This document shows, in pieces, positions 27,791 through 40,062 of a DNA stretch of 64,000 nt. The stretch comes from Schmidtea polychroa. Taxonomy: Eukaryota. Every line of letters starts with the position of its first letter. Positions within the stretch are counted from its first letter, which is position 1. The DNA lies in NCBI GenBank assembly GCA_044892525.1, contig CM097885.1:39372001-39436000 (forward strand), written 5' to 3'. Below the pieces are notes generated by a model. The model was given only the letters and a program-made list of their open reading frames with translations, was not told where the DNA came from and did not search any database. The translations under genes were made by a program, and so were the position numbers.

Positions 27791-30485
27791 ATTTTTCCTT
27801 TCTATATTTGTTTAATATTATGATTGTTGTTTTTTCTTTAGAGTGTTTAATATATTTATTTTTCAATGTAAAATGTTTGATATATATCTTTAATATTAAA
27901 TTGTATTTTTATGATAGTAGTTTGTTTGCAAAACTGATAATGAGAAAGTACATAAATCTCTATTTTATTTTTGTTATGATAGAACATTTTAAGGATACGT
28001 TTGAAATTATATTTATCAATAAAAATTAAAATTTCTAAGTTATTCTATTATTAAACAAAATTTATATTGTAATTAAAATCAATTTCATAATTTTAATAAA
28101 ATAATAGACCTAGAAAATTTCGAAAGATAGGGAAATAGAATGTAAGTAATTATATTTATTACTCATTATTTAGTCAACTTTCATGTTATAGATAATAGTT
28201 GACATATGTTTAGATAATTGATTTTTATTTTTTTCATTGAAAGGTCAGATTTGGTCTATGATTACCGTATGTGTGCGTGTGTAAGTAACTGAGTGATAAG
28301 GTTACTGTTACTTGACACCCAACAAAAAACATTTATGACGTCACTACACAGGTATGCAATATTGAGTATTATATATTTTTTACAATTAACAGTCAAACAT
28401 ATTAGTTTTGCAAATTGAATTCACAAGCTAGGATTGATTGAATATTAAAAATATGTTGCAGTTGAAATCAGATTATGGTGAATATTTATAGGATGACTTT
28501 TATTATAGTATTTAATTTTATTCAAAACAATTTCTATTTTAACGCATAGATAAAATTCAAAAAACTTTGACAAATAACTATTATGTCATTGAATTAGTTT
28601 TCATAAAATATTATTATATATGAATATTAATAGACAATCTATGTATTATTTTATGAAAGTTAATTAATAGCAGCTTAAAAATACTCAAAGACCTTTCCTA
28701 ATGTTATTGAACACCAATAAAACATCATTTATTCCATTTCAAAAATTAAATATTTTTACTCTTATTTGAAATAAACTCAATGGTAGTTTATTAAGTACGT
28801 GACATAGCATTTTATTTATTTCATTATAAAGCTCTTTTCGTTTCTTGAAACCTTGATAATTTATCTTAATATGTTGGCTTAATTTAATAAATTTCGATCT
28901 ATCTTGACTCTTATTATCGGTAGATTTAACATTTGTCGACATCAAAATAAAGTCAAAAGAATCAAGAATCATTGAATTAAGAGAAATCTTTTTATATTTT
29001 CTTTATATGATATTATTTTATTTGAATAAAGGAAATGCTTATAAGCTAAAATCATATTAGATCATGATTCAATTTGTCCAAATTGCCAAATTGCGACCAA
29101 CTAACGACTTATTGGACAGATAATTATATGATGATGAAATGTTGTCAAACTACTTCTGTATTTGATGATTTTGTAATATTTAGGTCTCACTATTTGAGAA
29201 TCTCAACTCTACTGGTTTTTATATAAATATAAATAAAGAACACAGGTCTTTATATAAATGTTTATTTAAAATTTCAAAAATTACCAAATGAGAAATCGAA
29301 ATTTGCAAAAATGATCTTCTAAAATTGTAACTTTCACTGGATAATTACTAATTTATTTTCACTGCAAAATGCTAGCTAATTGTGTGGTTTTTTTATGTTG
29401 TGAAGTGCTTGTTGTGTTAATTTTAAATCAATTAAATAAGGCTTCTGTAGAGAGTTTTTGTCTGGTCTGTGTTTAAATATTTACGAAGCATTAAACTTTG
29501 AAAACTCTTCTTGGAGCAAATATTTGGCGAATTAAATGATTTTCTTCGCGCCTATTTATATCAACATTTTTCAATAAAAATAAAATATGATTATTTCCTG
29601 CTTATACGCACTGAATAGTAATATTAAATATTATATCTACATATTTTGTTCTTTATAGATTGCGTGCTATAATAAAGATATGTTTTTCTTAAATTATAAT
29701 TATAATATAACATTAATTTTTTGAAATATAATAAATTTAATAGTAATTTTTCCTTGCGTTAAAATAAGTTAATTATAACGTAGAATAAAGATTATTGTAC
29801 AGATAATTAGCATAACCTGATTAAATATAAAATAGTCAATTATATACAATATAGTCTCTACAAGATAGATTGGATTTGTTTGTCTTCTTTCTTATTAGAC
29901 TTATTGCCTCGCTTCTGCATATACGTTGACTTTTTAACCTTTAGACTCTGTCTTATTATTATTTGTTAGGGACGAATGTGGTGATGTGCCTACTATCATC
30001 ATCCAGCAATATAATCAGTACAAAGTTTTCACACTCCTACTCCGGCATTCATCTGTTTCATATATTTAAAGACTATTTCTCGCCTGATATCAGGACAGTA
30101 CATGCCAAAATCTGTTAATGATTGAAGGAACTGTTTTAACTCGTATTGTGACTTCCTTACCCAAAAGTAAAATCAGGCGAAACAGGAAGAAAGTGAATGA
30201 GCTGGTAAATCTGCATTTGAATGTAAAATAAAATTGAAATAGTTAACTTATCAAGCATCATTGGGGCTTTATAAATGTTTAAGATCCATAAAATCATCTG
30301 CAAGTGGTATATTTCTTTGAGTAAGAATATTTGAAAGTGAAAGTCGAATCAGCAAATGTAAAATTTATTAAATATATATAAACCAATAAAATTAATTAAA
30401 ATTCCAATAAATTTCAAAAGATTCGCTATGAATGTATCCATATATTAAATAAACCAACTCCTATAAAACTAACAATATAATACAA

Positions 30486-31421
30486 ATGGTTAAAAAAGTT
30501 TGGAAAAGCGTTAATGTCGATTTTACGATAAAAAGCAACAATAACATAATTGAGAATTCGGAAATTAGCGAAAATAATACAACGATTACTGCTGAATTGA
30601 GAAAAGCTTTGCCAACAACAACACATGCCAATCGTCAACTTGAAGAAGTTAATAAACTACCAATCGATGGTCCATTTTATTTGGCATTTTCTAATCTGAA
30701 TTTTGATGTTGATGAAGAGTGCATTAGAAATCTGTTTAAAGGTTTAGATTTGGTGGATATTTATTTCAATCCGAGAAAGCGAGGAACTGGCAATATAGAA
30801 TTCAGAAGTTTGGACAATTTGAAATCGGCGTTGGAATTTAATGGACAAGTTTTCGTCGGTAGAGCAATTAATTTGACATTAATCACGGACATAGACAAAG
30901 AAAAGAAATTTAACACATTTCTAGATAAGAATGGTTGTTTTCACAAAGATGAAAAGAAATCTAAAGCAGATGAATCTGAAAATTGGAGAAGTAAGAAAGT
31001 TGTTGAAAGGAAAGAAACAAAACCAAGTGATAGCGATAATTGGAGAGTAAAGAAAAATGTTGAAATGAAAGAAACCAAGCCAAGTAATAGTAATAATTGG
31101 AGAGTAAAGAAAACTATTGAAATGAAAGAAACTAAGCCAAGTGATAGCGATAATTGGAGAGTAAAGACAAATGTTGAAATGAAAGTATTCAAACCGAGAT
31201 ATAACAATAATTGGAGAGAAAAGAAAAGTGTTGAAATGAAAGAAACAAAACCTAGTGATAGTGATAATTGGAGAATAAAGAAAGATGTTAAAGTAACAGA
31301 ATCAAAAGACTGTAGCAGTGGAACACAGAGAATTACAAATATGCGTGATACCAAAACAGAAAATCTTCGAGAAAACAAAACAGCCGAAAAAGAAAATTCT
31401 TGGAGATTAGTTAAAAAATAA
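30486..31421 (+). CDS. eIF4B-like RRM protein, copy 9
   Basis: Near-identical 311-aa ORF. Confidence 0.85.
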   Translation: MVKKVWKSVNVDFTIKSNNNIIENSEISENNTTITAELRKALPTTTHANRQLEEVNKLPIDGPFYLAFSNLNFDVDEECIRNLFKGLDLVDIYFNPRKRGTGNIEFRSLDNLKSALEFNGQVFVGRAINLTLITDIDKEKKFNTFLDKNGCFHKDEKKSKADESENWRSKKVVERKETKPSDSDNWRVKKNVEMKETKPSNSNNWRVKKTIEMKETKPSDSDNWRVKTNVEMKVFKPRYNNNWREKKSVEMKETKPSDSDNWRIKKDVKVTESKDCSSGTQRITNMRDTKTENLRENKTAEKENSWRLVKK

Positions 31422-32601
31422 ATTTTTCCTTTCTATATTTGTTTAATATTATGATTGTTGTTTTTTCTTTAGAGTGTTTAATATATTTATTTTTCAATGT
31501 AAAATGTTTGATATATATCTTTAATATTAAATTGTATTTTTATGATAGTAGTTTGTTTGCAAAACTGATAATGAGAAAGTACATAAATCTCTATTTTATT
31601 TTTGTTATGATAGAACATTTTAAGGATACGTTTGAAATTATATTTATCAATAAAAATTAAAATTTCTAAGTTATTCTATTATTAAACAAAATTTATATTG
31701 TAATTAAAATCAATTTCATAATTTTAATAAAATAATAGACCTAGAAAATTTCGAAAGATAGGGAAATAGAATGTAAGTAATTATATTTATTACTCATTAT
31801 TTAGTCAACTTTCATGTTATAGATAATAGTTGACATATGTTTAGATAATTGATTTTTATTTTTTTCATTGAAAGGTCAGATTTGGTCTATGATTACCGTA
31901 TGTGTGCGTGTGTAAGTAACTGAGTGATAAGGTTACTGTTACTTGACACCCAACAAAAAACATTTATGACGTCACTACACAGGTATGCAATATTGAGTAT
32001 TATATATTTTTTACAATTAACAGTCAAACATATTAGTTTTGCAAATTGAATTCACAAGCTAGGATTGATTGAATATTAAAAATATGTTGCAGTTGAAATC
32101 AGATTATTATTTCTATTTTAACGCATAGATAAAATTCAAAAAACTTTGACAAATAACTATTATGTCATTGAATTAGTTTTCATAAAATATTATTATATAT
32201 GAATATTAATAGACAATCTATGTATTATTTTATGAAAGTTAATTAATAGCAGCTTAAAAATACTCAAAGACCTTTCCTAATGTTATTGAACACCAATAAA
32301 ACATCATTTATTCCATTTCAAAAATTAAATATTTTTACTCTTATTTGAAATAAACTCAATGGTAGTTTATTAAGTACGTGACATAGCATTTTATTTATTT
32401 CATTATAAAGCTCTTTTCGTTTCTTGAAACCTTGATAATTTATCTTAATATGTTGGCTTAATTTAATAAATTTCGATCTATCTTGACTCTTATTATCGGT
32501 AGATTTAACATTTGTCGACATCAAAATAAAGTCAAAAGAATCAAGAATCATTGAATTAAGAGAAATCTTTTTATATTTTCTTTATATGATATTATTTTAT
32601 T

Positions 32602-33280
32602 AGTAGATGGATTGGGCACCGCTGGCACAGGGCACCGCTAGCACAGTACCCCCCCCGTCGGTAAGATTTTCAAAAATATCTAAAAGTACATTTTTTTTTC
32701 AAGGTCAAATTTAAACAAAGACATATGACTCATCAAGGTCATTGAAACAAAGACCATGACTCATCCTATGACTCATCAAAATTTTGAAGGTCATATAAAC
32801 AAAGACCATGACTCATCCTATGACTCATCAAGGTCATTTTCAAGGTCATATGGCTCATAATATGACTCATCAAGGTCAAAAAAAACTTCTCAAGGTCATT
32901 TAAACAAAGACCATGACTCATCAAGGTCATTTTCAAGGTCATATGACTCATAGTACGACTCATATGACCTTGAAAAAATTTTCAAGGTCGTATGACTCAT
33001 AATATGACTCATCAAGGTCATTTTTCAAGGTCATATGACTCATCCTATGACTCATCAAGGTCATTTTCAAGGTCATATGACTCATAGTATGACTCATATG
33101 ACCTTGAAAATTTTTTTCAAAGTCATATGACTCAGCCGATGACTCATCAAAATTTTCAAGGTCATTTTCAAGGTCATCTGAGTCATCGTATGACTCATCA
33201 AGGTCACTTTCAAGGTCACGTGACTCATCCAAGGTCATTCCCAAGGTCATATGAGTCATCGCGATGACTCATCAAGGTCA
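32602..33280. repeat. Putative Polinton terminus/TIR with complex subterminal repeats
   Basis: GGGCACCGCT[G/A]GCACA twice, a C8 run, then about 580 bp built from TGACTCAT and CAAGGTCA modules in both orientations. Confidence 0.75.
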
Positions 33281-33436
33281 TATTATTATTTTTAAAAAAT
33301 ATTATTATTTTTATTATTATTTTTAAAAATATTATTATTTTATTTTTAATTTTTTCAAAGTTCCCGCCAACGCAAATTAATAATCGATAGCTCATTTTAA
33401 AGCTCAATCCAAGGCCTTTCGAATGAGCCATATATC

Positions 33437-33633
<197 letters not shown>

Positions 33634-33799
33634 CTATATACACCGAGTCTATATACTCTGAGTCTATCCGACAAAATATTTTGTCCCCCTATGGGTAATG
33701 CTCACAAGGGTACTGGTCACGCTCAACAAATCAACAAAACATACATTTATTTAAACAATAAAATAATGTAAAATTAACAAAGGTAAACTAAATATTTAT

Positions 33800-34351
33800 T
33801 TACATGTATATAGTATGATAATTATTAATCAGTGTTGAACAAGCTTGACACTTGCGAACAATCTTCTCGTTACACTTAGAACAAACAATTACGTGACCGC
33901 ACGGTAAATACAAAACCGAAACTCGATTTTCTTTACAAATTGAGCAAGTTAAATACCTTTTCTTAACATCGCTCAGTTTTTTCGTTAGCTTATTTTCAAT
34001 CAAATCGGCTTTCGCTATCCAATCATAAATCAATCTACTATATCGAGGTTTCAACCTTAAAAACATACAACTCCAAAAGTATTCATTCAGTGAATCATTG
34101 TTTACTGCTATTTTTTCTAAGTACATTAAATAACAAGATAACTTTAAAATGGATTTCTCATAATTAAATAAATCAAACAAATATTCAATAGAGGAATGTT
34201 TGAAAATCTTTAAAATATTTATGAGTTGCTTATCACTGTAAGCATCATGATTATTTATAAAATCTTCAACTGTGTTGTAAAAAAATTTCATTGAAATTTC
34301 GGAATCGGTCGGACTTAATTTTTCCTTATTTCTCCTTGCTATAAATGCCAT
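33800..34351 (-). CDS. IAP/MDM2-type C3HC4 RING protein (putative E3 ligase) carried by the Polinton
   Basis: C-terminal CSICKENRVSVLYLPCGHVIVCSKC..CQACSTLINNYHTIYM; ATG start, 183 aa, no BIR motif seen. Confidence 0.8.
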   Translation of the reverse strand: MAFIARRNKEKLSPTDSEISMKFFYNTVEDFINNHDAYSDKQLINILKIFKHSSIEYLFDLFNYEKSILKLSCYLMYLEKIAVNNDSLNEYFWSCMFLRLKPRYSRLIYDWIAKADLIENKLTKKLSDVKKRYLTCSICKENRVSVLYLPCGHVIVCSKCNEKIVRKCQACSTLINNYHTIYM

Positions 34352-34559
34352 ATATAAAAAAATATTGACAAAATAATAAAGTTACCAAATGTGTTACACA
34401 TTCATCGGTTTTATTTGTATAAATCATTATTAATAAATAAATTACTTTTGTTTTTACATTTATAAAATTGTGATAACCAATCAAAATATAGAAATTGTAA
34501 CCATCAAATGTATAACAATAATAAGCATGACTAGTACCCGTTGCAACCTGTTTAAAGTT

Positions 34560-34572
34560 TTATTATTATTAT

Positions 34573-34624
<52 letters not shown>

Positions 34625-34632
34625 ATTATTAA

Positions 34633-34704
<72 letters not shown>
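34560..34704. repeat. Imperfect (TAT)n microsatellite
   Basis: Direct reading. Confidence 0.95.
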
Positions 34705-34705
<1 letters not shown>

Positions 34706-34712
34706 TCATTGA

Positions 34713-34855
34713 TATAGCTGCATGCTCACTGCAGACTATATAAAACATATAGCTGCATGCTCACTGCAAACTATATAAAACATATAGCTGCATGCCCACT
34801 GCAGACTATATAAAAAACTGTTATAGCTGCATGCTCACTGCAGACTATATAAAAA
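34713..34855. repeat. 35-bp tandem repeat, 4 copies
   Basis: TATAGCTGCATGCTCACTGCAGACTATATAAAACA at 34713, 34748, 34783 and 34822. Confidence 0.9.
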
Positions 34856-35078
34856 TCACCATTAAATATAAAAAATTATAATAAAACACCAAATACTTAA
34901 AAAATTTAAAAAAAAATCTGATTAAAAATTTTATTGAATATGTATATATAAATACAAGTTTTATACAATATACAGGTTTTTGTACAAGTTTTTAAATAAA
35001 AGTTTCTATACAATTTTTTATAAATCATGAAATCACTATACAAGTTTTTATAAATCAAAAATATAAAGTTTTTTCTAT

Positions 35079-38000
35079 TTAAATTTGATCTTCGTCCCAT
35101 TCGCTGTCGTCAAAACTGGGACTTGGAGCTGCACTGAATTCCTCATCATATTCGCTTAATTCGTCAACTCCTAAATAATGCCCAAATGCGTAACTTAAGT
35201 TTTTTCCTAGCCACGCGCGCTTATCATCATTATTACTTAGGGCAATTTTCGAATTTTTAAAAGTAAAAAGTTGGTGATTTCTAGTACCTATTCTAGTCTG
35301 CGGTACAGAAATCACCTGATTTGAATTAAAGCAATTTAGATATGTTTCATGAGTTATTGATGTCCCAGATAATTTAACCCCCTTCGCTTTTACCGTTTCC
35401 TTACTACCTAAAAGACTATAACATTTAGGGCGTAAGAAAACCCATTCAGAATACCCTAATCCCTTGCTCTCATCTTTAAACTTCCCGATGACCGAGTCAA
35501 GGTTCCTACTATACAAGGGGTGGGTTGGATCGTAATTTGACGTATCCAATAAATTATCTGAGATCATCTGAGGTAATAAAGTTGTTAATTTTAAATTTTT
35601 TATTTCCAAAAAAAAACTGTCGGTATCACCGGCAATAATATTTATGATACATTTATATTGGCGTCTGTACTTCTCCAAATCAATATATTGGAGCTGGTAC
35701 ATCCGCAGTTTAGACAGATCTAGTACTGTTTGACCAATGTAGCTAGGTCTGTCTAAACAAATCACATCTTTTTCCAAATGTGCCGCAATCAGATCTTGAT
35801 CGATTCTTATGGACTTTCTGAAAGTCGGCTTTGAGGAGTATACTATCATCTTTTCGGATGAATTACACAACCTCAAATTCATTCTTTTTTTCAAATTTTC
35901 AACCGATTTACCGTAAAGAGAGTTATTATACAATTTAAACAAGTCCCTATATATCTCGCTAGTAGACTGAGATCGTAAAGTGGTGTTGGTGTCTATGTAG
36001 GATTTAAAGATAGGTCCTTGTTTAAACTTTATACACCTATGAATATTTACAACAACCGCACCTAATTCTATATACAATTTGAGAAGCCTCCAATGAAGAA
36101 CATAGTTCCTCTTTGGCCAATGCGTAAGCATAAGCTTCTCAACTTTTGAATTAGGCGGGCACAACTTTTCCGGCGCAAGCGGAAAATCATTCAAAAAGTC
36201 ATGCACACATTCCGGAATATCGATATCGACCTCCATAGTATACCCATATGGAAGGTTATCAATATCTGTGTTCATACATTCAAGTAAAACATCATTCAAG
36301 TTATTATTCACCCAAGAAAAATCACCATACGGAAGATTTTGGCTAAGAGCCCAACCATACAGATTATTTATATCAATGTACAATAATTCTGTATCATCTG
36401 AAGTAGCCGTGTAATGTTTGTTAACAAATGTTAACCCACCCCGGATACCTCCCTCATAGAAATTATACATTTCCATGTCCTGCAGAAGTTCTATTGGTTC
36501 CGTTAATGTCATAAGCGCTGAGGCCCATGACATACCGGGAATCCCGTAGAAATTAAGAGGATCCAGACCATTGTAAGCAATTGCCTTACCGCGGAATTGC
36601 TGAAAATAATCTGCGAGGAGGTATACGTCCAATTTTAGGTAGATTAACATATAATCTAACAAATTATTACAGTTATGCTGACTCCAAATTAGTTGAGCCT
36701 CAGCGTACTGATCTTCCGTAACATCAGACCAAATAGGAGGTAATTCTAAAGTCGATTCAAGAACATCTAAAGAAGTGGCGAAATTATATGGAAAGATACC
36801 TTTAGAGTGAATCATCGACCCTTGAAAGACAGACGAAGTCAAAGGAAAAGTAGTTAAGGTTTTCACAGCTTTTGCTAAAGAACAATTAACAAATTGCATG
36901 CTGTCAATAAAACGAACAGGCAATTTGTTAATATATGCAATTAAAGATATAAATTTTTCTGTAGAGGTAGGTATAATATTAAGTTCCCAAAGGGGAAAAT
37001 CACTGAGACCATGTTTTAAAATATGGTGGAGGTCATAGCCTCGTAAATTATGAAAGACAACAGGTAACAATTTATTAATCCTGCGAGAGACATTGCATTT
37101 CCTACATGCCGCTCCGACATATCTACCTGTAAAATGGCAATGATCTCTCACAGGATTAATAATAGATTTTTTACACAAATAACAAATAGTGGAAGATCGA
37201 AAGGCACGCTCCTGAGCAAAAGACAAAGTAGACATACCTTTACGACCTTCAAGATCATAATATGGCAGGACAATTGTGACAGCAATTTCCTCCACTTTCC
37301 TCAAAAAATCCAAAATACAATTAGGTCCAAAAAAATAATAATAAAATTTAGTGTGTGTATAATTATTAATTAATAAAAGACCTGCTGATATGGGTAAATG
37401 TATTTGATGATATGTTTCATGTTCTGGTAAAACCGATTCAAAATCGGCATAAATTACGAAGGGAGGTGTAACTGTTTTTGCGTAATCTGTGAATAATAAA
37501 TCTTTATTTTTAGGAAGTGTATACAAAGTTGTGCCAGTCTGATTTTTACAGCATAGAGCAACATGCTGATCGAAAGCATTCTTATATCTAAAGCCATTTA
37601 AACAATGTGGGCACCAGTTACACCTTATTTGAACATTTACATTTTCATTTTCATGACAATTCATTAATTTGTCCAAGTCTGTCACGGCTGTATAATGATA
37701 TTTATCTTTATTACTCAAAAGTAATAAATAAATTGGTCTACCGTCTATAACCTTGGAGCGATGTACTATATTAAGATGAGGGTGGTGAGCTACATAATCC
37801 TCAGAAATATCTAAATCAGAACTGGCTGGATTATAAGACAGAACGTTTATGCTCAAGTTTAAATCTCTATTTTTTCTTTCAAATTTGGGAATGTTGCATA
37901 GCCTCATCGGGCAATCAGTGTCTTCGTCATAATTTAATAGAGGTAAAAATTCTATATATTTGGCGGCTCTTTGGTGATTACGACCTATTTCTTCTCTTTT

Positions 38001-38204
38001 TAAAAGTGCAAGAATGCTATACAAGAAGCACTTATGGTCGTTGTTTTTTACATTAATTATTGCATGTTTTAATTTTAATGCTGATGGGGTTTTTATATAG
38101 CTATGTCCGGATAATCTACTAACGGGTGCGTATTTCGTTAAAATAAAATCTATCTCTAAAATATTCAATACTCGCCACCCGCTTCCTAAATAGGTGAATT
38201 GCTC
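35079..38204 (-). CDS. Protein-primed family B DNA polymerase (Polinton pPolB), 5'-truncated
   Basis: Exo motifs YADFES, FHNLRGYDLH and YLKLDV; Pol motifs YIDINNLYG, KLYNNSLYGK, GDTDS and KCY; frame continues upstream of the annotated TTG (38168) as EQFTYLGSGWRV up to the junction. Confidence 0.93.
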   Translation of the reverse strand, partial: EQFTYLGSGWRVLNILEIDFILTKYAPVSRLSGHSYIKTPSALKLKHAIINVKNNDHKCFLYSILALLKREEIGRNHQRAAKYIEFLPLLNYDEDTDCPMRLCNIPKFERKNRDLNLSINVLSYNPASSDLDISEDYVAHHPHLNIVHRSKVIDGRPIYLLLLSNKDKYHYTAVTDLDKLMNCHENENVNVQIRCNWCPHCLNGFRYKNAFDQHVALCCKNQTGTTLYTLPKNKDLLFTDYAKTVTPPFVIYADFESVLPEHETYHQIHLPISAGLLLINNYTHTKFYYYFFGPNCILDFLRKVEEIAVTIVLPYYDLEGRKGMSTLSFAQERAFRSSTICYLCKKSIINPVRDHCHFTGRYVGAACRKCNVSRRINKLLPVVFHNLRGYDLHHILKHGLSDFPLWELNIIPTSTEKFISLIAYINKLPVRFIDSMQFVNCSLAKAVKTLTTFPLTSSVFQGSMIHSKGIFPYNFATSLDVLESTLELPPIWSDVTEDQYAEAQLIWSQHNCNNLLDYMLIYLKLDVYLLADYFQQFRGKAIAYNGLDPLNFYGIPGMSWASALMTLTEPIELLQDMEMYNFYEGGIRGGLTFVNKHYTATSDDTELLYIDINNLYGWALSQNLPYGDFSWVNNNLNDVLLECMNTDIDNLPYGYTMEVDIDIPECVHDFLNDFPLAPEKLCPPNSKVEKLMLTHWPKRNYVLHWRLLKLYIELGAVVVNIHRCIKFKQGPIFKSYIDTNTTLRSQSTSEIYRDLFKLYNNSLYGKSVENLKKRMNLRLCNSSEKMIVYSSKPTFRKSIRIDQDLIAAHLEKDVICLDRPSYIGQTVLDLSKLRMYQLQYIDLEKYRRQYKCIINIIAGDTDSFFLEIKNLKLTTLLPQMISDNLLDTSNYDPTHPLYSRNLDSVIGKFKDESKGLGYSEWVFLRPKCYSLLGSKETVKAKGVKLSGTSITHETYLNCFNSNQVISVPQTRIGTRNHQLFTFKNSKIALSNNDDKRAWLGKNLSYAFGHYLGVDELSEYDEEFSAAPSPSFDDSEWDEDQI

Positions 38205-39169
38205 ATATTTGGCCAGTAATATTTCTGTTTAAGCCTGGCTTCTGTTTTCTTGGCTGACATATGTCCGCCCAATTTACCGTCATGGTATTGAATCATTATT
38301 TCTTTTCGTCTACTTTCTGGTAAGCACATCAATCGTTTGTCGCCATCCATTACCAATAGCCATCCTTTCTCAATCGTATATCTGTGACGATTTTTCTCCA
38401 TGTGTTCTTTTAATCGATCATCGTTGTTGAATATTTTCATATCGTTTTTATCCAGGAACTCGATTATTAGTTTCAATTCGCTGTCTTCCTTTTGTTCGTT
38501 CTTTAGATTGGTAAAATCGATATCTTCTGCGATTATCATGCATATTCGCCTGACGTCATGATCCATGAGTTCTTCGAACACAAATCTCGACAAGCAATCC
38601 GCATTTGCGTTTGCTTTTCCTGACTTGAATTTGATGTATGGTGAATATTCTTGTAATTGCATTGCCCATCTCATTAATCGGCTGGATGCTTCTTTGTGTT
38701 GGCCCAACCACACTAGAGGTTGATGGTCCGTAGTAATAATTATCTCGTGTCCCCATAATAAATATTTGAAATGTTTTATCGCCTGAATTATTGCTAAGGC
38801 TTCTCTTTCTGTGACTGAATAATTCTTTTCGTGCTTTTTGAACGTCTTGCTATAATATCCGATGACTCTTTCTCGTTTCTCCTCATCCCATTGTCCTAGC
38901 ACAGCTCCTGATGCATATCCACTTGCATCGGTTGCTAATAGAAAAGGCTTTTTGAAATCTGGGTGTATTAAAATGGGTGAGGCTATTAATTTATCTCTTA
39001 ATGATTCGAATGCCATTTGCTGCTCTCTTTCCCACAGAAATGGAGTGTCTTTTTTCGTTAGTTCCTGAATTGGTTTTGCTATAGTTGCATAATTTTTGAT
39101 GAACTTGCGGTAGTATCCGCACAATCCCAGAAATTCCTGCACCTGAGTCAGGGTCTTTGGATCGGACAA
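38186..39169 (-). pseudogene. pol: pol: RT connection, RNase H and integrase N-terminal HH region (truncated)
   Basis: FLGLCGYYRKFI, LATDASG, NYSVTEREALAI, TDHQPL, NANADCLSR, HDGKLGGH..YYWPNM then junction; no DDE core. Confidence 0.92.
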
Positions 39170-39179
39170 TTCTTTATCT

Positions 39180-40032
39180 TTTCAACATTTCTCGGGTCTG
39201 GTTCCTTTCCCTTTGCCGACACAATATGTCCTAAAAACGTGACTCTCTCTTTTGCCCAATCGCATTTTGACGGTTTCAATTTCAGCTTCCATTGTTTCAG
39301 TCTCACAAATACGTTCCTGATGTCGATTAAGTGTTACTCGAAGGTACCTGAATATATCAACAGATCATCAATATACACCATACATTGTTTAATTCCGTGT
39401 GTCACAAAGTTCATACATCTTTGAAACGAAGCAGGTGCGTTTGTTAATCCGAATGGCATCTTTTTAAACTGATATAAATCTTTTCCGATGGTAAAGGCTG
39501 TCTTTTCTCTATCTTCCTCTTTAACTTTAATTTGCCAGTATCCACTCTTTAGATCTAACGATGTAAAGTATGCTGCTCCATGCAACATCTGTAACATTTC
39601 GTTTATGTCTGGCAGTGGATATATATCCCTTTTCGTTACTGCATTCAACCTCCGATAATCAATACAAAATCTCTGTGTGCCGTCTTTCTTTTTGACCATT
39701 ACTACTGGGAATTGCCATGGTGAACAGCTAGGTTCTATTACTCCGGCATCTAACATCTTTTGTACTTCTTCCTCTGCTACCGTTTTTTGTGCTTCGGCTA
39801 ATCGATATGGTCTCAAAGTTATGGGTGTCTCATCTGTTAATGGTATGATGTGTTGAGTTACATCGCTAGTACCCAAATCCAAATCTGAAGCCACAAAAAT
39901 ATCTTTAAACTCAATCAGTAGTTGTCTGAGTTGTTCCTTTTCGTCTTCATTTAGGAGTTCGCTATCGATGGTCCATAATTCTTTTTCATCTGCTCCCTCG
40001 CTTTTTATCTCCGGCAGCTCAATGTTCATCAT
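39180..40032 (-). pseudogene. pol: pol: reverse transcriptase (in-frame stop at 39334, frameshift near 39180)
   Basis: RFCIDYRRLN, LDLKSGYWQI, MPFGLTNAP and YIDDLLIYS; after the TAA the frame reads HLIDIRNVF..KPSKC..FLGHIVS. Confidence 0.93.
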
Positions 40033-40062
40033 TGGTGTGAGTTTACCAAGTCTCTCGTTTTC

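Larger units (their letters stand above)
1..32601 (+). repeat. Tandem array of ~3630-bp gene-containing units (9 units, last truncated by the insert)
   Basis: Identical ORF set recurs every 3630-3631 bp; the unit start GCTAAAATCATATTAG recurs at 1, 3631, 7262, 10892, 14522, 18153, 21784, 25414 (one SNP) and 29045. Confidence 0.99.

Noticed and set aside
1..32601. Array as a pure assembly artefact
   Set aside because: Units carry distinct, recombining variant sets and private indels; the exact copy number still needs read support.
34713..34855. 35-bp repeats as a CRISPR array
   Set aside because: Contiguous repeats without unique spacers, in a eukaryotic context.
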